Source: a bacterium
Lineage (GTDB): Bacteria; Hinthialibacterota; Hinthialibacteria; Hinthialibacterales; Hinthialibacteraceae
Direction of reading: 5' to 3'
Assembly (NCBI GenBank): GCA_041946805.1
Contig: JBHGBC010000087.1
Coordinates: 1 to 24,470, forward strand
DNA: 24,470 nucleotides
Below, one piece after another: positions 7,463 to 15,745 of this stretch. The position numbers were made by a program, and so were the translations under genes. Position 1 is the first letter of the stretch. Each line of letters starts with the position of its first letter. A model generated the notes under the pieces. It saw nothing but the letters and a program-made list of their open reading frames with translations. It was not told where the DNA came from and searched no databases.

Positions 7463-8437
7463 TTAATTCTGGATAACATCGGCAATGTTGAAATTCCCAA
7501 TTTGAGTGACCAGGCTGGTATTGTTATTGCCACTTTGAACCTGCGAGGCAATATTGCTGTCACCCAATTGATCGATGGTTGCATCATTGCTGCTGCCTAC
7601 TTGAACTTGCGTCGCCAGGTTCAGATCGCCATCCTGTTCGATGAGCGCGCTGTTCAAGTTCCCTAACAACTGTTGCTGAACAGCCGTATTGGAATTCCCA
7701 TTTTGGGTGGCTTTGGCATAACCTTCCTTGCCAGTCTGCATTTGAGAGGAAATATTGTTATTTCCTGTCTGCTCGGTGAGCGCAAAATTGAGTCCATTCC
7801 CACCGGGAACGGGATTCTGGTTTTGCTGGACAGTGTTTCCATTGCCGGTCTGCACGGCGATGCTGGAGTTGTTGCTGTCACCCTGATTTTGAGCCGCCGA
7901 GTTTCCATCTCCATTTTGAGAAACGGAAGCATAATTCCAATTGCCGTTTTGCTGCAGTTGATCCGCGGTGTTGCCCGTGGCTTTACTGTCAGAACCAGCA
8001 TTTGTATCAACCTGGTTGATATACATGAAATTACTGTTGCCAGTACTATCCTGCTTAGCCGTGTTGGCATCGCCAATCTGGTTTACGTAAGCCAGGTTGT
8101 TGTTCCCTTTTACGTTCTGAGCGGTGACATTGTTGCCGTTTCCTTGCTGATTGATGTAGCTGCCGCGTTTGACATTGCTGACTTCGGGACCATTGATATC
8201 ACCGTCCGGAATCAAATTATCCGGGTCGGTGAAATTGGATCCGGTCAGAGGGCCGCCATTGTTGTTGTCACCGATCTGGTTCTGAGAAGTGACCACGTTG
8301 TTGGATCCCACCTGCTTGATGTACGCCGTGTTGCCATTGCCCTGCTGCAGCGTGGTGCTGACGTTGTTGTCCGCCATGGCCAGGCCGGCCAGGGCCGCGA
8401 TAATCGCCAACGAAAGAATGAGGTGCATGGATTTCAT
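7463..8437 (-). CDS. csgA: Curlin-repeat protein, probable major subunit (CsgA-like), 324 aa
   Basis: AAGGAG RBS; Sec signal MKSMHLILSLAIIAALAGLAMA; about 23 N/Q/G-rich strands (NTAYIKQVGSN, NDATIDQLGDS, NIASQVQSGNN); directly after csgG. Confidence 0.85.
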   Translation of the reverse strand: MKSMHLILSLAIIAALAGLAMADNNVSTTLQQGNGNTAYIKQVGSNNVVTSQNQIGDNNNGGPLTGSNFTDPDNLIPDGDINGPEVSNVKRGSYINQQGNGNNVTAQNVKGNNNLAYVNQIGDANTAKQDSTGNSNFMYINQVDTNAGSDSKATGNTADQLQQNGNWNYASVSQNGDGNSAAQNQGDSNNSSIAVQTGNGNTVQQNQNPVPGGNGLNFALTEQTGNNNISSQMQTGKEGYAKATQNGNSNTAVQQQLLGNLNSALIEQDGDLNLATQVQVGSSNDATIDQLGDSNIASQVQSGNNNTSLVTQIGNFNIADVIQN

Positions 8438-8571
8438 GATCCGACTCCTTTGTTTGAGTTTGGCTAGCGCCGAGTTGGAATTGGCCTTCGGTTCACAGAT
8501 TTGGTTGCATCCGCCATGATGAGTGATTCTCTCCCAAGGGTCCTTTGCATTTGACATCCAATCGATAGGGT

Positions 8572-9489
8572 TTACCTCCTTCCTTTACCTGAGGATTGCC
8601 GAGTGACCACATCTTCCTTGTCATACAAGGGAACCGCGGCCACCTGTTCCTGGGCTTTCTTTTCCTGCCAATACCGCTGAAGGGCCGGGGCGTTGGCGTC
8701 CTCTGGATTCTTCAGTTTCCAAAGGCCGTCCCGGATCCCCTCGGCCACCAGGCCGATCACCGCCTTTTCGATGGCCTCGAGCACGCACATCTGGGGCGGC
8801 TCGTTGGTCGAGAAGCCCGCCTCCACCTCGAGCAGGCGCTGCACGCTGACGAAGCGGTACACGCCGACATCGACCTCGCGCGACAGGATGGACTTGGTGG
8901 TCGAGACGCTTTTGAGGACCTGGCCGTTTTGCGTGGACACCGCCCGCAGGTAGATGGTCACCTTGTCCTGCCGGGACTCCACTGATCCGCCCAGCCCGAA
9001 GTACCGCGCGCCGATGCCGCCGGTGAGGATGTTGGTCTCGTATGAGATGATGCCTCCCTCCAGAATCACGCCGCCAAAGAGCAGGGGAGGCAGTTCGGTC
9101 TGATCGCCGGCCTGCAAGCGCGTCGAGCGGATGATCTTCCGTTCGTTCAGCAGGTTGGGCAGGCCTTCCCGCTCGATGGGGATGAACCATCCCGACTCTT
9201 CGAGCGCCTTGATCAGCATGGAGGTGCCGCCCTGGGTGACCGCCGTGGAGAAGCTCGTGGCGTTGGGGTTGGTCTTGTATTGGCCGGTTTGGTCCTTGAA
9301 TTTGTAGACCGCCACCACCACCGGGAGTTCCGGCGGGGGGAGGGAAATCAAGTCGCGATGCACGGCGGTGACGTAACCCGGGCCCACCGCCGCCGGCGTG
9401 GCCCGGACGGTGGATTTCACCGCCGCGCAGGAGGTCAGCGCCATGATCAGGAATCCCAATCCGATGTTGTAATGAACATTCGCTTTCAT
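8572..9489 (-). CDS. csgG: Curli secretion channel lipoprotein CsgG
   Basis: Lipobox LTSC; LPPP..VVVAVYKFKDQTGQYK..SFSTAVTQG..WFIPIEREGLPNLLNERKIIR..EGGIISYETNILTGGIGARYFG..NEP. Confidence 0.97.
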   Translation of the reverse strand: MKANVHYNIGLGFLIMALTSCAAVKSTVRATPAAVGPGYVTAVHRDLISLPPPELPVVVAVYKFKDQTGQYKTNPNATSFSTAVTQGGTSMLIKALEESGWFIPIEREGLPNLLNERKIIRSTRLQAGDQTELPPLLFGGVILEGGIISYETNILTGGIGARYFGLGGSVESRQDKVTIYLRAVSTQNGQVLKSVSTTKSILSREVDVGVYRFVSVQRLLEVEAGFSTNEPPQMCVLEAIEKAVIGLVAEGIRDGLWKLKNPEDANAPALQRYWQEKKAQEQVAAVPLYDKEDVVTRQSSGKGRR

Positions 9490-9588
9490 GCCGCACCTTT
9501 TGTCACAGACGAAAGATAGGAAATCACAGCTCCCGCGAGGGGAATCTCAGAAAGATAGTCAATACAAAAATCACCAAACACCCGAATC

Positions 9589-10008
9589 TCAATAAAATGG
9601 AATTTCGATCTTGGTGGATTTATCCGAGAGCGAATCGCTGATGATCACGGTGATCCCGGCGGCGTCCGTGCTGACGTCGATGATGTAATCGCCCACTTCG
9701 TAATGCCCCGCGGTGAGGGTGTCCTCGCCGAACGCCTTGTCGACGATGTCGCGGGCCAGGCGGTACATCACCTGCCGGCGCACGGTGTCCGCGAATTCCT
9801 GGATGGGATCGGTGGTGATGGATGCCCGTGTTTCGTGATGCTTGTTTTGCGCCTGGGCGTCGGCCAACAGCCATGTGCCGTTCAAGTACGATCCGCCGAA
9901 TGAGGGATTGATGAATTCATACACCAGTTCGGTGGCATGGGCCGGGCCGGAAGGCCAGGCGCCCAGGGTTATTGCCGAGGTTAGTAGATACCGTCTCCAT
10001 TTTTTCAT
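9589..10008 (-). CDS. csgF: Curli assembly protein CsgF, 139 aa
   Basis: GGAGG RBS 9 nt before ATG 10008; signal peptide ending AHA; ELVYEFINPSFGGSYLNGTWLLADAQAQN hallmark N-terminus. Confidence 0.93.
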   Translation of the reverse strand: MKKWRRYLLTSAITLGAWPSGPAHATELVYEFINPSFGGSYLNGTWLLADAQAQNKHHETRASITTDPIQEFADTVRRQVMYRLARDIVDKAFGEDTLTAGHYEVGDYIIDVSTDAAGITVIISDSLSDKSTKIEIPFY

Positions 10009-10056
10009 GATCCAATACCTCCATGGGAATAAGTCATTCATCAGAAAATGAACGGG

Positions 10057-10815
10057 CTAAATTCCGTCGCCTTCCAGATCACCTCCTTCCAGGTCTTGTT
10101 GGGTCACCTGCATGTTGATGAGCGCCTCCTTGACGGCCTGGACCGCCTCGGCGGCCGCGTCCTCGATTTCCTCGTTGCGGGGCTTCAGGATCCGGCCCCA
10201 GACCGGCACGGATTCGATCTCGATGACGATCCAGCTGCCCCAGCCCGGGCTGAGCCGTTCGGTGATGATGATGTTGGCGCCGCTGGCTCCTTCCGGGGCT
10301 TCCCACAGCAGGAAGAAGACCTGGTAGAAGTAGGACCCGATGCGGCTCATGGTGTGTTCCACGATCAGTCCCGTGATTTCTTCCGCTTCTTCCGGACGGG
10401 CTTCCCCCTCGACCGGGCCGCCGTTGGGGCCGGGAGCCGCCGGTTCCAGGCCCGCGGGAACGGGCGGCTCGTACATTCCGCCGGGATACAGCTCATCCTC
10501 GGGATGCCGCGCCGCCGCGGCGGTTTGGTTGAGGGTGATGGTCCGCAGGTCCGGCGCCGTGCCGCTCCGGCCCTTCTCCGTGGGCGGGATGGGCGCGGCG
10601 GGGGTTGTTCCCGGAGCGGCCGCGGGTTGGGCGGCATCCCCGGCCGGCCGGCGGGTGGAGACCTCCGCGGGCGGGGGGGGAGCGGCCACCGGCCGAGAGG
10701 ATGCCTCTTGCGCCAGGTGCTTCCCGCCGATGAAACGAACCTCGGACTGCCGGGCCGTGGCGCAGGAACACAGGCATATGACCGCCAGCATGCAAATCCT
10801 GTTTTTACGATTCAT
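10057..10815 (-). CDS. csgE: CsgE-family protein with a putative lipoprotein signal and a Pro/Ala-rich linker
   Basis: C-terminal ~110 aa EITGLIVEHTMSRIGSYFY..W..NIIITERLSPGWGSWIVIE..DLEGDGI matches the CsgE pattern; upstream of csgF; N-terminus MNRKNRICMLAVICLCSC. Confidence 0.82.
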   Translation of the reverse strand: MNRKNRICMLAVICLCSCATARQSEVRFIGGKHLAQEASSRPVAAPPPPAEVSTRRPAGDAAQPAAAPGTTPAAPIPPTEKGRSGTAPDLRTITLNQTAAAARHPEDELYPGGMYEPPVPAGLEPAAPGPNGGPVEGEARPEEAEEITGLIVEHTMSRIGSYFYQVFFLLWEAPEGASGANIIITERLSPGWGSWIVIEIESVPVWGRILKPRNEEIEDAAAEAVQAVKEALINMQVTQQDLEGGDLEGDGI

Positions 10816-10875
10816 AAGCTTGTGTGAAAATTCGAGGTTCTCGCATGGTAACGTTTAAGGCTGCCCTCCTTCGGA

Positions 10876-10896
10876 CCCTCTCCCCGAGGGAGAGGG
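10876..10896. repeat. REP-like perfect hairpin
   Basis: CCCTCTCCC-cga-GGGAGAGGG. Confidence 0.65.
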
Positions 10897-10974
10897 AATC
10901 GGTTCGCGTTCCGTTGCCTTGCACGGAGTGTTTCGACTACACCGCAATTCAATGGGCAGTTCTCAATGGATTTT

Positions 10975-11406
10975 TTAATATCCGCCGGACATGATCACCT
11001 GCTGATTCAGGCGGCGGGCCCGTTCCAGCCGGCCCTGGGCCAGGCCGATGAGGTCCGCGGCGGTATGGCCGTCCCGCGGATACGAAGCCACCGCGAACCG
11101 CAGGTTCTCCTGGTGCAGAAAGGCGGCCAGAAAGCGGTGAATGGCTTTCACCGCGCACGCCGCGTCGGTTTCGCTCATCAGCAGCGCGCCATAATGCTGG
11201 AACACGAATAAGCGGTCGCATTCGCGGATGATTTTGCCCATCACGAGGGGATCGACGCCGTGGCGGGTATCCGTGGATGTAAACAAGATCAATGTAAAGA
11301 ATCTCCGGTATCGGCTCGAACAAGTGATTTCATAATCCATCAACCATTCCAAGTCGCGTTGGCTGTGATTCAACAATCGCAAAGTCATGAGCATCAGCAG
11401 AAACAT
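10975..11406 (-). CDS. Stand-alone degenerate GGDEF-like (nucleotide cyclase fold) protein; start codon uncertain
   Basis: YEITCSSRYRRFFTLILF..IIRECDRLF..ALLMSETD..A..AIHRF..FAVASYPRDGHTAADLIGLAQGRLERAR follows the GGDEF domain skeleton; RxxD (RECD) present, GG(D/E)EF absent. Confidence 0.68.
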   Translation of the reverse strand: MFLLMLMTLRLLNHSQRDLEWLMDYEITCSSRYRRFFTLILFTSTDTRHGVDPLVMGKIIRECDRLFVFQHYGALLMSETDAACAVKAIHRFLAAFLHQENLRFAVASYPRDGHTAADLIGLAQGRLERARRLNQQVIMSGGY

Positions 11407-11850
11407 GGAGTTAGACTAGTAAGTGAGATGAATGCATTTGCAAGCCATTTCGAAAAACTGACATTGGAAATGGCAATCGGTGTACCACAATCGCAGGGAG
11501 TACAATTTAGAAAATGTTTGTATCGGGCATGTAATGATGTGAAATCGGTTGTAAAAAATTGAAAGGCGCGAATTGGGAAGAGGGCGGAAAGAATCGAATG
11601 AATTGTGCCGAAATCGACAATAGTTGCCGACAACAATTCACCGGGGCGGCATAAGGGAGGGGATATTCAAGAAGGGCTGACGTCTTGCCGGTGCATTGGC
11701 GGTATTCCCGGAAGGGAGGGGTGATCTCCGTCCACGGGGAAGGGGTAGAGGAGGATTTCTGGAAAGGGGCGTTTTCGCGGTGGCGCGGTAGCAATCATCG
11801 CGATCTTGTATCAGAATGCGGCAAAATGAATATTCATTGAGGATGAAGGA

Positions 11851-14800
11851 ATGACGGATATGTCACGGAAATCCCAAACGATCGTCTTATGGGGCGCGGC
11901 GGGATTGTTCCTGTTTTTAACGCCGGCATGGCCCGCGGCAGGCGGAGAAGTCTGGACCGCCGAGCAGGATGCCGCCTATGTCCAGCGGTTTCTGAGCCGA
12001 TTTCCCGAGGTCCAACCGCAACCCGGATGGGAATCGTACGCGGCGCCGGCGCGTTTCGACGAGTGGTTTTTGCGCGAGGGATGGGATCAAAAACTGACCG
12101 GGATCCGCAACGACAACGGCGGCATCGCCTGGGGATGGGCGTATTTCATGATGGCCCTCAATGAAATGTACCGGTGCACGGGAGAGCGGCATTATTGGGA
12201 CGCGAACCGGCAATGCGTCCAAGCCGTGCTGGCGGCCCGGGATGACATCCGCGGGGTCACGCTCTGGACCGGAAAAACCGCACCGGCGTGGAGTTCGGAC
12301 AAATACGCGGAACGCGGCCGGGCGGTGTTTGCCGTCCATACCGGGATGATCGTGTATCCGATATTGGATTTTCTGCTCCTGGCGCGGGAAAATCCGGTGC
12401 CGCGCAACGAATTGGGAGACGCGGATCAAGCCATCCTGCGCGCGGCCCGGGAAAGCCTGCACTATCATGACCGCCAATGGCGGGAGGGACCGGGGGAGGG
12501 GGAAGGCCACTACATCGGCATGGACCAGGAGAACGCGTTGGAGGGCAAACCGCTGCCGGGCAACCGCCTGAGCAGCATGGGGAGAGCGTTGTGGCTGTTA
12601 TGGAAACTGACCGGCGAGGAGGTCTACCGTCACCGGGCGATTGCCATTGGCTGGTATATCAAAAACCGGCTCACCCCGGCGCCGGACGGCGCGTATTATT
12701 GGCCTTACTGGCTCCCCCTCGAACCGGCCCGGGATTTCAAGCCGAAGGAGGAAATCCGGGGTGAAGATGTGTCGCACGCGTCGCTGACCATGGCGTTGCC
12801 CATCCTGTTGGCGGAGGAAAATGCCGTATTTACCCCGGAAGACATGTTCCGGCTGGGCAAAACCGTGACGCAAGGCTTCGCCCGGCTGAACAACGGCGTG
12901 CTCTTCGGCGATATCACCGGGAATCCGGGCTCCAATCCCGATCTGGTGCAGATTCCCGGGCGTTGGCTGCGGCTCAGTCCCTTCGCGCCGGAAGTCGGCG
13001 ACCGGCTGGCGGATTTTTTTCTGCAATATCAACCGAATCCCAGTCCGTTGGATTTGGCTTTATTGATACGCTTTCAAGCCAAATTAGGGAAGACAATCCA
13101 TGTTTCGAAGCTGGGGGATGGATCTGATGGAACATCCTGGGCGAAGGCATTTCCCACGATCCAGGCGGCCCTGGACGCCGTGCCGGACGGGCGGGGCGGG
13201 CACCGGATCATCATCCGCCCGGATACGTACATGGAGGCGAACCTTACTCCCCCTTACAAAGGGGCCAAGGGTAATTATAACCAATTGACGGTTGATTTTG
13301 ATGGAAAAATGGGATCGGGATCCACGGGTTATGCCGTGCTGGATTGCGGCGATCCCCAAAAGGGTTTCCAATCCGTCGATTGGTGGAGCAATTTCAAGGC
13401 GAATCCCGAGTTCTCGGGCGCGGCGTGGGACCGCTGGAAGATCCAGCATGTATACGCCACGGGGGGAGACGCCGGCCTGTTTTGGGATCTTCCCCCCAAG
13501 TTGGAGCCGTTCACGATCGTGGTGGAAGACAGCGTGGGGATCGGCCGGGCCTTCGGCGGCGGCGCGGCGAACTTCATCGCGCGGCCCGATGAGCCGGTTG
13601 TCTTCCGGCGCTGCCATCTCTGGTCGCTGGATTGGTGGGGCGACGCCGGGGGCGCATACGTCCGCGCGGAAAACAAAAGCAAGCCGGACTATCCGGATGT
13701 CACCTTCGAGGATTGCGTCCTGGTGGGGCCGGACAACGCCTTGCAAGCCGGGAATCCGGGATTTCAAGGATATACGCGGGTGAAACTGAAGGGCTGCCGG
13801 CTGATCGCCTTGAACTTTTCGCAGCCGCGCGGAACGCCCTCCACGGGAATCATCCACAGCAAAATCGAAGGCCAGTTGCTGCACGCCGATTTGGAGGATT
13901 GTCTGCTGATGGGATATAAAGTCTTCGGCGCGGGGCAGGGAGAAGTCAGTTATTCCACTTCGCCTCCCGTAGAAGCGTATGTCCAGTTCGAACAAGAAGT
14001 CCCCCCAGGCATTCACCGCCTGGGGGATTGGCCGGTCCAGGCGTTCGCGGACTTGGCGCCGCCTCCGCCGGTTGTTTCATCCAAACTGAGTAAGGAAAAC
14101 CGGATCATCAATGATTATTGTGAACTATCGCCGATGGAATGGCGCGGCACGCTGTGCTTGCTGGAATGCATCCGGCCGGCGTCCGGTGGAGAGCAAGGCG
14201 AATATTACCTGCGGATCCGGGAAACGGACACCGGCAAAATCCTGGCGCGGTTCGGAGAAGGATACAGCCTGGCCTGCGCGTTTGTGCAAGATGGAACGCT
14301 CTATGTATACGCGTCGCGTTGGGGAGAGGGAAACAGTTGGAACGATGTCAATTTACTCATGTCGCCGGATCTGCAAAATTGGCAAAGCCGGGTGGTCATT
14401 CAGCAGGAAAACGAGCATCTCTTCAACAGCTCGGTCTGCGCCACGGATCAGGGTTATGTCATGGCCTATGAATCCGACGATCCCCAATACACGCCTTTCA
14501 GCGTGAAATTCGCCGTCTCCCAGGACTTGGTGAACTGGACCAAAGTGCCGGATGCGGTGTTTTTAAAGGACCGCTACGCCGCCTGCCCCTGCATTCGCTA
14601 TGCCGGTGGGTATTACTATATTTTGTACTTGGAACACCGGGCGCCGCGGTGGCATTTCGAAACATACCTTGCCCGGTCCAAGGACCTGAAGGAATGGGAA
14701 TGGAGCGCGGCCAATCCGGTGCTGCGGCCGGATTGGAACGAAAGCATCAACGCCTCCGATCCGGATATCATCGAATATCAAGGGAAAACCTATTTGTATT

Positions 14801-14895
14801 ATTGTATTTCCGATCAAATGACCTGGGCCAAGATCAAGCGGGCGGTGTATCCCGGCCCCCTGCGGGAATTCCTCGAAGGGTATTTTCCGAAATAA
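11851..14895 (+). CDS. Secreted three-module protein: probable alpha/alpha-toroid domain, pectin lyase-like beta-helix and five-bladed beta-propeller (GH32/43/130-like fold)
   Basis: Signal peptide; helical Trp/Tyr-rich N-domain (GAYYWPYW, EDVSHA); TIHVSKLGDGSDGTSWAKAFPTIQAALDA..IIIRPDTY beta-helix N-cap; C-terminal SPDLQNW, SQDLVNW, SKDLKEW boxes with NPVL and INASDPD. Confidence 0.78.
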   Translation: MTDMSRKSQTIVLWGAAGLFLFLTPAWPAAGGEVWTAEQDAAYVQRFLSRFPEVQPQPGWESYAAPARFDEWFLREGWDQKLTGIRNDNGGIAWGWAYFMMALNEMYRCTGERHYWDANRQCVQAVLAARDDIRGVTLWTGKTAPAWSSDKYAERGRAVFAVHTGMIVYPILDFLLLARENPVPRNELGDADQAILRAARESLHYHDRQWREGPGEGEGHYIGMDQENALEGKPLPGNRLSSMGRALWLLWKLTGEEVYRHRAIAIGWYIKNRLTPAPDGAYYWPYWLPLEPARDFKPKEEIRGEDVSHASLTMALPILLAEENAVFTPEDMFRLGKTVTQGFARLNNGVLFGDITGNPGSNPDLVQIPGRWLRLSPFAPEVGDRLADFFLQYQPNPSPLDLALLIRFQAKLGKTIHVSKLGDGSDGTSWAKAFPTIQAALDAVPDGRGGHRIIIRPDTYMEANLTPPYKGAKGNYNQLTVDFDGKMGSGSTGYAVLDCGDPQKGFQSVDWWSNFKANPEFSGAAWDRWKIQHVYATGGDAGLFWDLPPKLEPFTIVVEDSVGIGRAFGGGAANFIARPDEPVVFRRCHLWSLDWWGDAGGAYVRAENKSKPDYPDVTFEDCVLVGPDNALQAGNPGFQGYTRVKLKGCRLIALNFSQPRGTPSTGIIHSKIEGQLLHADLEDCLLMGYKVFGAGQGEVSYSTSPPVEAYVQFEQEVPPGIHRLGDWPVQAFADLAPPPPVVSSKLSKENRIINDYCELSPMEWRGTLCLLECIRPASGGEQGEYYLRIRETDTGKILARFGEGYSLACAFVQDGTLYVYASRWGEGNSWNDVNLLMSPDLQNWQSRVVIQQENEHLFNSSVCATDQGYVMAYESDDPQYTPFSVKFAVSQDLVNWTKVPDAVFLKDRYAACPCIRYAGGYYYILYLEHRAPRWHFETYLARSKDLKEWEWSAANPVLRPDWNESINASDPDIIEYQGKTYLYYCISDQMTWAKIKRAVYPGPLREFLEGYFPK

Positions 14896-14935
14896 GCTTC
14901 CGCCGGCCATCCATATCGCTTATCCACCAATGAAA

Positions 14936-14984
14936 TCCCCTCCTGGGGACGCCATTAAAATAGCCCAGGGTTTCAATCCTGGGC
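14936..14984. repeat. REP-like double hairpin between convergent genes
   Basis: TCCCC-tcct-GGGGA followed by GCCCAGGGTT-tc-AATCCTGGGC. Confidence 0.55.
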
Positions 14985-14992
14985 ACAATTCT

Positions 14993-15745
14993 TTACTTCA
15001 TCCCGAACAACTTTTGGGCATTCCCGTAGAGGATCATGTCTTTCTCTTTCCCGCTGATCCGCGCGTTGCGAATCTTCAAGGGTCCGATGGCGGGGTTTTG
15101 CAGGGGCAGGCATGTTCCATGCAAAATCCTCTCCGCGCCGGCCTGTTGGACCACGGCTTCAATTTCGCCGAACGCCATCATGCCCGAGGTTTCCATAAAA
15201 ACATTCTTGTGATTTTTCAGAATATGCAACGCACTTTGCAGCTCGGTCAGATAGTTGATGGATGCGATGATGAAACGGACATCCGGGAATGAAGCTGCCA
15301 GCAGGCCGATTTTCTTCAGATCGAAAACCGGAAACCGCCAGCTCATCATGAGCCGGTAGGGGATCATCACGGGAATATGATTTTCACCGCAGAAGGCCAG
15401 TAATTCGTGAATGAAGGTTTCCTCCAAGGGATCATACGTATGCTGAACGGGAAACAACTTCACGATGCCGGATGGGCGTCCATCAAAATCCTCGAGATAC
15501 CGTTCCCGGCCCGGGGCATAGGGAGAATAGGTCAGCGCGGGGATGAAGCGGTCCGGGTGCGCCCTCGCCAGATGGAGCACTTCCCGGTTCCCGGTTGCGG
15601 GATCGGAGAAAACCCCTTTCAGGGAACATGCCACAAGGCCAGAGATTTCATAGCGGTCCATTTGCGACAAAATGTCCGGCGCGCTGCTGTTGCGCAAGGG
15701 CCAATACGGCCACTGGCCGAAATATCCATTGCTATCGATAATCAT
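14993..15745 (-). CDS. Amidohydrolase-family (Amidohydro_2-like) protein with degenerate metal ligands
   Basis: IIDSNGYFG, GNREVL..HPDRFIP, VKLFP, FPDVRFIIAS, NVFMETS, GAERILHGTCLP. Confidence 0.85.
   Translation of the reverse strand: MIIDSNGYFGQWPYWPLRNSSAPDILSQMDRYEISGLVACSLKGVFSDPATGNREVLHLARAHPDRFIPALTYSPYAPGRERYLEDFDGRPSGIVKLFPVQHTYDPLEETFIHELLAFCGENHIPVMIPYRLMMSWRFPVFDLKKIGLLAASFPDVRFIIASINYLTELQSALHILKNHKNVFMETSGMMAFGEIEAVVQQAGAERILHGTCLPLQNPAIGPLKIRNARISGKEKDMILYGNAQKLFGMK

Noticed and set aside
8450..8580. Possible c-di-GMP-I riboswitch before csgA (GGTAAAC...GCAAAG on the minus strand)
   Set aside because: The GNRA-capped stem and receptor are not evident and the motif overlaps the csgG stop; an Rfam scan would be needed.
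9511..9558. GAAAGATAG direct repeat between csgF and csgG
   Set aside because: Only two 9-bp copies; could be chance, and nothing else supports a function.
11433..11447. Possible sigma54 promoter TGGCTTGCAAATGCA on the minus strand
   Set aside because: The GG to GC spacing is 9 nt rather than the required 10.
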